From contig JAPMXV010000022.1 in the NCBI GenBank assembly GCA_026936335.1, forward strand, positions 1 through 64,000: a DNA stretch of 64,000 nt, read 5' to 3'. The translations under genes and the position numbers were made by a program. Every line of letters begins with the position of its first letter. Position 1 is the first letter of the stretch. This document shows, in pieces, positions 1 through 10,797 of the stretch. The notes beneath the pieces were generated by a model. The model had not been told where the DNA came from. It saw only the letters and a program-made list of their open reading frames with translations, and ran no database searches. Source of the stretch: Mantamonas sphyraenae STR306. Lineage: Eukaryota > Protista > CRuMs.

Positions 1-167
1 CTAACCCTAACCCTAACCCTAACCCTAACCCTAACCCTAACCCTAACCCTAACCCTAACCCTAACCCTAACCCTAACCCTAACCCTAAACCTAACCCTAA
101 CCCTAACCCTAACCCTAACCCTAACCCTAACCCTAACCCCTAACCCTAACCCCTAACCCTAACCCTA
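1..167 (+). repeat. Telomeric repeat (CCCTAA)n, i.e. TTAGGG on the other strand; chromosome end
   Basis: Tandem CCCTAA from base 1. Variant units (CCTAAA, CCCCTAA, CCCTAG) occur toward the proximal end. Confidence 0.99.
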
Positions 168-855
168 GCCCCTGAGTGAATATGTCTTACATTACGCACA
201 GTGATGCGATGAGTCCGGTCTAGGTCATGTGAGTTGTGCTTGTGTCTGCTGGCGAGGTGACTGAGTTGGGTGGTGACATGGGGCAGTGGGCAATGGATGG
301 GAGTGAAAATGTCGCAAGTGAGTGGCCGTCGTCCTGCAACGCCGCGCAGTCAGCACTGCCCATCCGCCTTCAACCAAAGTATCACCAACACCCACAACAC
401 CGTCCACCTGTCCAACACAACCCACATACACTTCAGTACCACCGCCACCATCATGGACAAAGACTACTCAAGCACTCCGAAGCAACAACACACACCCAAC
501 ACCTACCCAGCGTGCGTTCTGCCTTCCACTCCGTTTTCTGACTGCCCGCTTCTCCCGCTTCCTTGCCTCATCCATGCCTCCGTCGCTTCTCTCCACGCCT
601 TCCCTGCATCTCCATTTCCCCATCACCACCGTTGCTGCCTTCTCCGCTCTTTTCGGATCCCCTTTCCCCTGTCACTGCCCTCCCCGTTGCCAGTTTCCCC
701 GTCTGCCAATCTCCTCCGTTTTCCCTCTCTGCTCGTTCCAGCCTCCCTTCACCCCGCTTCTGCTCTGACGGCGTCCATACCGCCTTCCGCTCACCGTTCC
801 CTCTCCGCCCTGTCCCTCCCATCTCCCCCACAGCTACGGGTACATGGTCCCTCCC

Positions 856-3800
856 ATGGCTGCCCCGCCGTTTCCGAACATGCTGCCCGTCCAAGACGTA
901 CAAAACCCGTACCAACACCCACAACCACCCATCATCTGGGTCCCTGTCAACACCCACCCCCCCGCAGCACCGCGCATATGCTCATCAGGGCCATCCATAC
1001 TACACCTACCCTCCTCCTCCGCCTCCTCAGCCGCGACAAACCGCCCAGGTGCACTTCGCTCAGGCTCCGTTGCACCCTCCGCCTGCTCAACCCACCACAA
1101 ACCACAACCGCGTCCCCAAACGCGTCGGCCTTGCCTTTGTCGGCATCACACGGACCACATCCACCACCACATCGTCGTCCTCCTCCCACCAGGCCACACG
1201 GCAGACTGGAGACTGCGACGACGACGACGCAGACCAGGACACACACACACATGACACCGGCGACGTGGAGGACCTGATGGTACTGAACTTTGGCCACCTT
1301 GAACCACGGTCAATCTCCAGCAACTCAGAGTGGATGACAAGCGCAGGAATGGACGCGTACGACGAAGACGGCGAGGCATACGACGCAACCCAGCAGCACG
1401 TGGACGACGAGTTGGAAACTCAGGGCGCACTCAGCTTCGCAGACACTGGTGATGCCATGGATGAGGAGTATATGCCCCAAGAAGAGAGCGACGACGACAC
1501 AGACGACATTGAGCAGGAGGACAGGGACGAGTGGCAGCTGAGACGCACACGTAGAGGCCTCACACGTCGACGCAGAGGCGACACCAGCCGACGTACTGGT
1601 CCACAGAAGATGAAAGGCAGCGGACAGCGCAGGCACAGGGTCACGGCTGGCAGTGGCACGGAAACAGGAACGTCGAGCACACGGGCAAGGAGTGCCAAGA
1701 ACGGAGACAACGGCGCACGGAAGAAAGCAGGCGTGGACAAGACGAACAAGTTGCCACATGGAGTTGTGCGCAAAGGGTGGACCAAGGGACACAGTGTCGA
1801 GCGCAGTCACAGCAACAAGAAGGAGCACACGGCACTGCTGAAGCACATGCACACCCTGGCCTCCGAGCATCCCATCGACAGTATCCCAGACCTCATGACC
1901 CTGCATGCGCGTGTTGTCGTCTGCCATGGCACTACGACCACGCTTGTCCGACAGATTCAGCTCACTCTGGGCAACATTCCCCTCTCCCAAGGCGACATGG
2001 CCTTCTTTCTCACCCTTCTCGGCCGTGACATGGATCAAATGGCGTACAGTGCTGTCATCTTCCACGCTGGTCTGGCCGTAGGTGTGACAGAGTCTGGGTT
2101 GAAGGTGTGCTGGCTGGAGGAGCCACACGACCACGGCGACCCCAACTACGCCCTCCTCCACATGCTCATGATCGAGATGGACACTTTCGGCAACAGGTCC
2201 CTTCCCACCACCTGGAAGGAGCACGAGCAGACCCAGCTGTGGCTGCAGGAAACACGACGCCCTGCTGACAACCACAGCGACCCACACTGGACACAATGCG
2301 ACTACGACCACCACCTCACCACCACCAATGTGAACAAGTGGCATCCTGTGTCTGTACGCATTGGCTGGAGCAGGGCTGCAACCAGCGACGAGCGTGGCAG
2401 CTGCACGGCGCGGGAGTTCCAGACGCTGTTGGCACACATGAAGGCACGCGCAGCCAAGCACCCTCGCCATCAGCACACACACGAGCACCAGGCACTGCGT
2501 GAGCTGATCAACAACGGCGACCTGCCGTCCCTGGTGCGACACATCATCCTGGCGCTGGGCAACGTTGGCGTGCCGCCTGTCGACCTGGCCTTCTTTGTCC
2601 GCCTCCTCAGGCCTCAACTCACCTACAAGCATGTAAAAGGTGCCATCAGCCACACCCTCACCCGCGGCGTCACCTCCCTCTCCCTCAAGATCGCCTGGCT
2701 CGACAACCCCACACCCAGCGACGCCACACTGCACACCCTCCTCCACACCCTCATCGACCGCATCACACCCCACATCGCCTCCCGTCCCACCACCTCCGCA
2801 CTCGTCAACACCCTCCGCATCACCGAGCTTGTTATGCCCAAGCCAACAGAGGAGGAGAAGGTGGCCGTGGAGGATGGACTGCCAGATGGCGTTGTGCGCA
2901 GTGGCTGGACGTTCTGGCGCAAGAGCGAGCGCAGCCGCAGCAACAAGGAGGAGCACACGGCTCTGCTGAGGCACATGCACACCCTGGCCAATGAGCATCC
3001 CTTCGACGACATCCCAGACCTCATTACCCTGCAGGCGCGTGTTGTGGTCTGCCATGGCACCACGAACACGCTGATCCGACAGATTCAGCTCGCTCTGGGC
3101 AACATTCCCCTCTCCCAAGGAGACATGGCCTTCTGCCTCACCCTTCTTGGCCGTGACGTGGATCATAATGCGTGCAGAATCGCCATCAAGAACGCTGGTC
3201 TGGCCATGGGTGTGACAAAGGCTGGGTTGAAGGTGTGCTGGCTGGAGGAGCCGCACGACCACGGCAACCCCAACTACGCCCTCCTCCACCTTCTCATGAC
3301 AGAGATGGACACACTCGGCAACAGAACACATCCCAGCACCTGGAAGGAGCACGAGCAGACCAAGCTGTGGCTGCAGGAAACACGACGCCCTGCTGACAAC
3401 GACAGCGACCCACACTGGACACAATGCGACTACGACCACCACCTCACCACCACCGAACTGGAGAAGTGGCATCCTGAGTCTGTGCGAAGTGGTTGGGACG
3501 CCTCCAACCACGACGAGCGAGGCAGCTGCACGGCGCGGGAGTTCCAGACGCTGCTGGCACACATGAAGGCACGCGCAGCCAAGCATCCTCGCCATCAGCA
3601 CACACACGAGTACCAGTCAGTGCGTGAGCTGATCAACAACGGCAGCCAGCTGTCCCTGGTGCGACACGTCATCCTGGCGCTGGGCAACGTTGGCGTGCCG
3701 CCTGTCGACCTGGTGTTCTTTGTCCGCCTACTCAGACCACGAATTACCAGCCTGCAGGTGCAAGGTGCCATCAGCCACACCCTCAACCGCGGCGTCACCT

Positions 3801-4021
3801 CCCTCTCCCTCAAGATCGCCTGGCTCGACAACCCCAAACCCAGCGACGCCACACTGCACACCCTCCTCCACACCCTCATCGACCGCATCACACCCCACAC
3901 CACCACCCGTCCGACCACCTCCGCACTCGTCAACGCCTACCCCATCCCCTCCTTCACCATCACCAAGCGCAAAGACCCTTCCTCCTCCTCCTCCTCCTCC
4001 AAACGCCAACGCCTCGAATGA
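856..4021 (+). CDS. Subtelomeric hypothetical protein with a low-complexity N-terminus and two ~375-aa tandem repeats, each made of two related ~185-aa domains
   Basis: Long open frame 563-4021. The DNA duplication (~1751-2810 vs ~2878-3933) is frame-preserving. The start is uncertain: either ATG 856 joined by a 28-nt GT..AG intron (940-967) or a C-homopolymer indel, or the in-frame ATG at 1278. Confidence 0.75.
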
Positions 4022-4051
4022 ACCACCCTTTCATTCCCACACCCTTCCCAA

Positions 4052-5872
4052 TCACCCTCCCCTCCCCATCCACCCAATCACCCTCTCCATCACTTCATCC
4101 GGCAGTGTCACCCACCCTTCCCACCCTCTCTCCTCCACATACTCCTCCATCCCACCACACTCAAACATCACCTCCCTCTCCTCCCCATTCATCACCAACG
4201 CCACCTCCATCGCCTCATCCACCAGCCCACCCCATCCAATCCAATGCCACGCCTTCCTCCACCCTGCCTCCCTCACCATCTCCACCGTTTGCATCCTCGG
4301 CTTCGCGCCCCACGCTCGCAACACTTCCACAAGCGCCTCATTCCCCTCCCTCAACCCCCTTTCCAGCGCAGTTTTCCTCCCCGCAAACGAGTCCACAGGT
4401 ACGCCCCACTCTCTCAACTCCCTCATCTTCTCCACATCCCCACACTCCACAAACTCTGCGTGCTTCTCCTTGTTTCTCTCCAACAGCCATTCAATCGCGT
4501 CGCTGTCAACGTCCTCCATCTCCCAGCACGTGTGGTTCGATTCCATTGCCATGGCCAGTGCTGAAGCTCCTTCGTCACCGATCTCGTTCCATCCGAGGTC
4601 CAGGCTCTGGACACCACGGTTCTCACCCAATCCCTGCGCCAGTGCTGCTGCGCCTGCTGCTCCGATGCTGTTGTCGTAGATTTGCAGTCTTTGCAAGCTG
4701 TTGTTCTCGCTCAGTCCCCGCCCCAGTGCCGCTGCTCCTTCGTCGCCGATGCTGTTGATGTCAAGGTTCAGACCTCGCAAGCTGCTGTTCACATTCAGTG
4801 CCTGCGCCAGTGCTGCGGCTCCCGTTGCCCCGATGCTGTTGACTCCGAGGTTCAATGTCTGCACGCTGCTGTTCCTACGGAGTGCCTGCGCCAGTGCTGC
4901 TGCCCCGTCTCCCCCGATGTTATTGTCGTTGAGGTCCAGAGATTGCAAGCTGTTGCTCTCTGCAATTCCCCTGGCCAGTGCTGCCGCTCCTTCTGCCCCG
5001 ATGCTGTTGCCGCGGAGGTTCAGTGTCTGCAAGCTGCGGTTCCCTCTCAGTGCCTGCCCCAGTGCTGCAGCACCCACTGCCCCGATGCTATTGCTGATGA
5101 GGTCCAGTCTCTGCAAGCTGCTGTTCCCGCTCAGTCCCTGAGCCAAAGCTGTTGCTCCTTCTGCGCCGATGTTGTTCACGTCGAGGTCGAGCATCGTCAA
5201 GCTGTTGTTCTCTGCCAGGGCACTGGCCAGTGCTGCGGCTCCTTCTGCCCCGATGCTGTTGTTCCAGAGGTTCAGTGTCTGCAAGCTGCCGTTCCCTCTC
5301 AGTGCCTGCGCCAGTGCTGCGGCTCCTTCTGCCCCAATGCTGTTGTCGTTTACGTTCAGTTTTTGCAAGCTGTGGTTGGCTTTCAGTGCCTTGGCCAGTG
5401 CTGCTGCTCCTTCTGCCCCAATTCGGTTGTCGCTGAGGTTCAGCGTCCGCAAGCATTCGTTTTCACGCAAGCCTTCCCCCAGCGCTGCTGCTCCTTCTGC
5501 CCCAATGCTGTTGTTCCCGAGGTTCAGCGTCTGCAAGCTGCTACTCGCAGCAAGTAGCTGCCCCAGTGCTGCTGCTCCTTCTGGCCCGATGCTGTTGCTG
5601 CCCAGAAGCACCCTCTGCAAGTTGTCAATCTCGCACAAGGCCCTGGCCAGAGCAGCTGCCTCTGCGTCTCCCAGCTGTTGTGAGGTGAAGTTGAAATCCT
5701 GTGGAACACGTGTCAATGCTCGAACTCTCCCATGCTCGATGCAAAGCACGCCTCCCCCCCTTTCAACTCATTCCGCACGTACTGCAACTCCCCCAGCTTT
5801 CAAAGCATCAACAATTCGCCCATGGTCCCCGCTCTGCAACAGTTCCATCCATTCATCGTGTCCTAAGCTCAT
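4052..5872 (-). CDS. RNI-like (NLRC3-type 28-aa) leucine-rich repeat protein with a C-terminal ankyrin-like segment; 1 intron
   Basis: About 13 repeats of LxxLNLxxNSIGAEGAAALAxALxxNxS (84-bp DNA units). ATG at 5872. An 84-nt intron at 5782-5699 (GTACGT...TTGAC...CCACAG) removes an in-frame TGA. Confidence 0.9.
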
Positions 5873-5990
5873 TCTTTCCATTGGTGTGCAAAGCGTCAGG
5901 ACGACAACTGTGAACGAAACCAAGTTTGCAACAACGTGTCAACACCACAGATCCTCCCGCCTCATGGGAACCAAGAATCGATCTGTTGCT

Positions 5991-8900
5991 TCATTCAATC
6001 TCCCCCTCATCACCACTCGCCTCCTGAATGGCCTTCAGCTCGTCCAGCTGCTTCTGCAGATCCACCACAGCACTTCGCACCTCCTCCACCCACTTCTCCT
6101 CCCCTCCTGACGACGACGACCCCATCCCCTCCAGCCTTGCCATCGTCTCATCCAATCTCCTCCTCAGCTCCACCACCTCCGCCTGCGCCATCGCCCCTGC
6201 CCCTCCCTCCACCTGCAACTCCTTCACCCACCCCAGCACATCCCCGTACTTCCGTCCCAGCAGTTTGATCTTCCTCATCGACTTGTCCAATCGCTGCTCC
6301 ACCGTCTCCACACGGTCCTCCACTCTCTCAAACCTCCCTTCCACCCCCTTTCGCCACGCCTGTAGCTCCTTCCACGCCTCCTCCCCTTCCATCTTCCGTC
6401 CATACAGGAGCAGTTGTGTCTGTAGGTTGACCCTGTGCACCTTGCATGATCCGCACTTCTCCCTCTCCACCTTTGCCAGCCCCTTCACATCCACACGCAG
6501 CCCGTGCATCCCCCAGTCCATTCGCAGCACCTCCTCCACCTCTCCACTCACCAAACACCGATGACACAGCGGATAGCACCTCAGTCCACCCCCCAGTCCA
6601 TCACACAGCCCACTCTCCTCGGCCACACTCCGCACAAGTGCCTCCACCTGTCCCATCGTTTCCACCACATCCGCCCACCCATCACTCGCCACCACCACGT
6701 CCACATACCGCGTATGCGGCTCATGCACAGCCACAATGTGCGGTGCATCCACAGGCCACACGTGCATCCAGTTCACATGCACCCTCTCCTCCACCACCCC
6801 TTCCCGAAATCCCTCGATCAGCCGCACCTGCACCAGATTGAACAGTGCAGGTGGCAGCATGTGCCAATTCTCTGCCTGCCATGCCTCGTCCTGCTCCTGC
6901 TCCCCATCATCCCCTTCCCCTCCCTCCCCCTCGACTACCCACACAAACCGCCGTCCAATCCGACACCCATTCTCTGCCATCCACTCCCCGGGCAGCTTCA
7001 TCTCCACCGTCCGCAGAAACGGAAACACAAGCGTCTCCCCGCCCACACGTGCACACATCTCCACCTCACACAGCAGCTCCAGCAACACATCCGCCACCCC
7101 ATCCCCACCACTACCTCCTCCTTGTCCCCACAGCTCCGCATGCAACCTCCCCACCTGCTCTCGCAACCCATCATCCCACTCCACAACCCCAAAGTGCTTC
7201 CCCTCCCCGATCTGCTTCCCTTTGTCCAGCCCCTGCACATGCTTCCCGCTCACAAACCCTCCCATCAGCTTCGCCAGCCACACAGGATCCAGCACAACCA
7301 CCCCTGCCCCTCTGTGCCACACCACCTCCTGCATGTGGTGCAGTTCCTCCAGCGACGGGGGAAACACCTGCTCAAAGATCTTCTCGTTGAAGCTTTCCTC
7401 CATCCCCTCATTCCCCTTCACCATCTCCTCCAATTCCTCCTCACGCATCCACGGCTGCCCCAGTTCTCCACTCTCCCGCAGTCCCTGCACATACTTCTGC
7501 AGCTCCACTGTTCCGCGTGGCACCATCCTGTCCTCCACCAATGCCACACTCGCTTCCTCCAGACCCCCCAACAACCCATCCACATTCCCCTTCCACACAT
7601 CTCCATCCACCACAAACACTCCCTTCTCCCCGTCCATCCGCAGCTGCTCGTACCTCCTCCCCCTCCTCCACCCTTCCACCCACCCTTTCACCATCTCACG
7701 TGCCTCTTCCCTCTCTACCCGCTCCCCCACCTTCACCTTCTCTCCAAGATCTGCATGCGTCACCACAAACCACATCTGCGGCTTCTTCTTCCCTGCCACC
7801 TTGGGTGCCACCTTGCTCGCCACCATGTCCAGCCACACCTCCAGCTCCCCACGTGCTGCCTCCATGTCCACCTTGTACGTCCCTGCCTCCCCATCCCACA
7901 CCACCATCGATGCCACCAGCACAAACACCCCGCCCTGGCCCATCAACAGGTACTGGTGGCCCACCCAGTACTCTGCCTGTCCCCCATAGTCACTGATGCG
8001 CACACGCACATCTCCACCCTTCAGATCAAACTCATACACATCCAACCCATGTGTCGCGTCCGTCGTCCTCTCCTCCCTGTCCAGCTTCCGCTTCCCCACC
8101 CTCCACCTGAACAACACCTTGCCCCACTCTCCCCACGAGCTATTCCGCTTCATCGTGTCAATCAGCGTCGTCTTGCCCTGCCCACCATGTCCCAGCACCA
8201 TCCAGTTGACCCATTCCCATGCAGTGTCCATCCGTCCCAGATACTCCACCACCGCCTGCGCTCCCTTCCTCACCACGAACCCAGGCACATCGTCCAACGC
8301 CTCGTCGTGTTCCAGAAACAGCCACCTCAGCTCCTTCAGTTCACTCATTGCCTGCTTTGGCAGCACACTGATCCCCGATCGCGTTAAATCCAGCACACGC
8401 AGATCCACACACAGGCCAATCTCCTCAGGCAGCTCTGCAACACCACCCTCACCCTCCTGCACCAATGACAACGCCACGAATCCATTCGCAAACGACTTGA
8501 GCCCTTCCACAAGCGCCTCGGTCGACCAAAAGCGCACCTCTGTGCGCCCGGCCAAGGCGCGCAGCATCGATTCGTGCGTCGACTCAAACCCGCCCCGCCT
8601 CGCCAACTCCAGCGCATTGCGCCTGCTCTTGTTCTCTGCATCCAAATTTGCACCTCTTTCCACCAGTGAAACGGCCGTCGCCGTCTCTCCAGCCGCACTC
8701 GCGTGCAGCAACGCGGTCATCCCAAAGTTGTCGCGTGCCTCCATCTCCGCCCCCTGCTCCAGCAATGCAAGCACAGCCTCCCTTTTTCCCCCTGCTGCTG
8801 CATGCATCAGCGCCGTCTTTCCATCCTTGTCCCTCGCCTCCATCTCCGCCCCCTTCTCCAACAAACTGCGCACGGTGTTTCCCTCGCCCCCCTGCGCGGC

Positions 8901-9521
8901 GCAGATCAGGGCTGTGCTGCGAAACTGCCCCGACGCTTCCAGTTCCGCTCCGAGCTCCAACAACATCAATGCTGTCTCTGCTCTCCCCACAAACGCCGAT
9001 ACCATCAACGCTGTCCATCCGTCATTGTCCCGCGCGTTCACTTTTGCTCCCACCTCCACCAGCGCTTTCACAGTCGTTGCCTTGCCCTTCTCAGCTGCCC
9101 AAAACAGTGCTGTCCACCCAGAATCATCCGTTGCCTCTATGTTCGCCCCATGCTCCACCAACCCTCTCGCCGTGCGTGTCTTTCCATCTGCGGCCGCGAT
9201 CATCAACGCGGTCATCCCCGACGTTGCTTCCTTCGCCTCCACTTCTGCTCCTTTGCCCACCAGCGTCACCGCCACCTTTGCCCGACCACCCTTTGCAGCC
9301 CACATCAACGGAGTCCATTTGTCCTTGTCCAGCGCTTCCAGCTGTGCGCCCTTGTCCAGCAGTTCAACCACCAGCAACCTGTGCCCTGCGTGCGCCGCCA
9401 CCATCAGCGCCGTCCTCATGTGCTCTCCACCTCTTGCATCCACCTCCACCCCATCGTCCAGAAACCCTGTCACCAAATCCAACCGGCCTGCTTGCGCAGC
9501 GGCCAAAAAGTCCTCGCTCAT
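5991..9521 (-). CDS. Roco-family GTPase: ankyrin repeats, short LRR, ROC, COR, coiled coil; no kinase domain
   Basis: About 9 ankyrin repeats (GxTALMxAA) and an LRR cap (VPGFVVRKGAQAVVEYL). ROC motifs: P-loop GHGGQGKTT, switch I ATHGLDV, DYGGQAEY, THAD. COR-like VVLDPVWL. Likely start MSEDFL at 9521. Confidence 0.88.
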   Translation of the reverse strand: MSEDFLAAAQAGRLDLVTGFLDDGVEVDARGGEHMRTALMVAAHAGHRLLVVELLDKGAQLEALDKDKWTPLMWAAKGGRAKVAVTLVGKGAEVEAKEATSGMTALMIAAADGKTRTARGLVEHGANIEATDDSGWTALFWAAEKGKATTVKALVEVGAKVNARDNDGWTALMVSAFVGRAETALMLLELGAELEASGQFRSTALICAAQGGEGNTVRSLLEKGAEMEARDKDGKTALMHAAAGGKREAVLALLEQGAEMEARDNFGMTALLHASAAGETATAVSLVERGANLDAENKSRRNALELARRGGFESTHESMLRALAGRTEVRFWSTEALVEGLKSFANGFVALSLVQEGEGGVAELPEEIGLCVDLRVLDLTRSGISVLPKQAMSELKELRWLFLEHDEALDDVPGFVVRKGAQAVVEYLGRMDTAWEWVNWMVLGHGGQGKTTLIDTMKRNSSWGEWGKVLFRWRVGKRKLDREERTTDATHGLDVYEFDLKGGDVRVRISDYGGQAEYWVGHQYLLMGQGGVFVLVASMVVWDGEAGTYKVDMEAARGELEVWLDMVASKVAPKVAGKKKPQMWFVVTHADLGEKVKVGERVEREEAREMVKGWVEGWRRGRRYEQLRMDGEKGVFVVDGDVWKGNVDGLLGGLEEASVALVEDRMVPRGTVELQKYVQGLRESGELGQPWMREEELEEMVKGNEGMEESFNEKIFEQVFPPSLEELHHMQEVVWHRGAGVVVLDPVWLAKLMGGFVSGKHVQGLDKGKQIGEGKHFGVVEWDDGLREQVGRLHAELWGQGGGSGGDGVADVLLELLCEVEMCARVGGETLVFPFLRTVEMKLPGEWMAENGCRIGRRFVWVVEGEGGEGDDGEQEQDEAWQAENWHMLPPALFNLVQVRLIEGFREGVVEERVHVNWMHVWPVDAPHIVAVHEPHTRYVDVVVASDGWADVVETMGQVEALVRSVAEESGLCDGLGGGLRCYPLCHRCLVSGEVEEVLRMDWGMHGLRVDVKGLAKVEREKCGSCKVHRVNLQTQLLLYGRKMEGEEAWKELQAWRKGVEGRFERVEDRVETVEQRLDKSMRKIKLLGRKYGDVLGWVKELQVEGGAGAMAQAEVVELRRRLDETMARLEGMGSSSSGGEEKWVEEVRSAVVDLQKQLDELKAIQEASGDEGEIE

Positions 9522-9622
9522 TCCCACTTTTCCTCTTGCCTCCCTGGTCGCACGCATTGCCATCCCCCCTTCCTGCCCGGCCTCTATAACCTGTTGCGAG
9601 ACACCCATACCCGAAGCAGCCC

Positions 9623-9694
9623 GTGCTGGTAGCTCAGCGGTAGAGCGTTCGATTGCAGCTCGAATGGTCACGTGTTCGATTCACGTCCGGCACT
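9623..9694 (+). tRNA. tRNA-Cys (anticodon GCA)
   Basis: Cloverleaf: acceptor GTGCTGG/CCGGCAC, D arm GCTC/GAGC, anticodon stem TTCGA/TCGAA with loop TTGCAGC, T arm ACGTG-TTCGATT-CACGT. The discriminator is T. A downstream T-run (9698-9709) fits a Pol III terminator. Confidence 0.95.
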
Positions 9695-9762
9695 AGCTTT
9701 CTTTTTTTTGCCTTGTCCCAAACCTCGCCCACCCTCTCCCCCGCAACCAAGCAAACACCTCC

Positions 9763-10767
9763 ATGTCCGACTCCTTTGCCGACTCCTTTGACGCGGTCGA
9801 GCAGCTTTTTGACTCGCTCAACCAGGACCTCAACGCAAGGCGCCGCCAGCTGCGCTCGGGCTCCGACACCTCCAAGCTCAACCTCGAGGTACGCTTCCCC
9901 ACCAATTCCCATCCCCACCCCTCTCCTTCCTCACTCCCTCCTCCCTTTTCATCCCCGCTCTCTCCCCCCCCCCCTTTCCCCCTACTCCCCCCTACCTACC
10001 CACAACCCCTTCCCCCCACCCTCCCTGCTCACCACGAATTCACCTCCCCGCCGCTCCTCTCCTCCACAGGTCCGCCGCAAACAAAGCCGCATCTCCGAGT
10101 CCATAATCCGCCTGCAAGAGCAGCTCGAGACTGCCGACAAGAAAGGCGAAATGTACGTCTCTGTGCCTCGCTTCCGTGCGTCCCCGTGTACTCACTCGAA
10201 AATGCGTCCCTTCCCGCCCCGCTCCACAGCACTGCCCGCGAGTACAGCCGCCGCTCAGACATGATCCGCACCCTCCAAACAAAAAAGAAGCGCATCGACG
10301 CAACCGTCAGCGGCAACGACAACTCGGCCGCCGGCAAGGACGGCCTCTTCAAAAAGCACGACCAGCCCAGCGGCGCCTCCTCCCGCAGATACAACCAGGA
10401 CGACGAGACAGAGAGCACACGCGGCCGCAACAATGAGCAGCTCCTCATGCAGCAAAAGGAGACCATGGCCGCCCAGGACCGCGACCTCGAGTCTCTCTCC
10501 AGCGCCATTGCTCGCCAAAAGCAGCTCGGCTACGCCATCTCGGACGAGCTCGACCTCCAGCAAGGCCTCCTCGAAGAAGTTGACGAACAGGTCACCAACG
10601 CCAGCGCACGCCTCAAAAAGACCACCAAGCAGGTGAAAAAGATCGGCAAGAAGGAGAAGCAGTGCGGCATGTTCCTTGTCCTCATCCTCCTCATCGGCAT
10701 CCTCGCTGCCCTCATTGCCACAGACTGGGGCTGCACCATCATCCACGACCCCAAGCACTGCAAGTAA
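9763..10767 (+). CDS. Qc-SNARE, syntaxin-8/SYP5-like; 2 introns
   Basis: SNARE motif QDRDLESLSSAIARQKQLGYAISDELDLQQGLLEEVD followed by a C-terminal TM helix. GT-AG introns at ~9889-10069 and ~10153-10229. Confidence 0.88.
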   Translation: MSDSFADSFDAVEQLFDSLNQDLNARRRQLRSGSDTSKLNLEVRFPTNSHPHPSPSSLPPPFSSPLSPPPPFPLLPPTYPQPLPPTLPAHHEFTSPPLLSSTGPPQTKPHLRVHNPPARAARDCRQERRNVRLCASLPCVPVYSLENASLPAPLHSTAREYSRRSDMIRTLQTKKKRIDATVSGNDNSAAGKDGLFKKHDQPSGASSRRYNQDDETESTRGRNNEQLLMQQKETMAAQDRDLESLSSAIARQKQLGYAISDELDLQQGLLEEVDEQVTNASARLKKTTKQVKKIGKKEKQCGMFLVLILLIGILAALIATDWGCTIIHDPKHCK

Positions 10768-10797
10768 ACATCCACATCCACGCTGTATTCCTCACCC

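Noticed and set aside
856-4021. Telomere-adjacent ORF as a telomeric retrotransposon or helicase
   Set aside because: No reverse transcriptase, endonuclease, gag zinc-knuckle or P-loop motifs are visible.
5768-5770. In-frame TGA near the 5' end of the LRR gene as a second Sec or read-through site
   Set aside because: It lies inside a clean 84-nt GT-AG intron (5782-5699) with a good donor, branch point and acceptor. There is no redox motif context.
9522-9671. Roco ORF overlapping the tRNA on the opposite strand
   Set aside because: The extension comes from a non-ATG start chosen by the ORF caller. Ankyrin homology begins at MSEDFL (9521).
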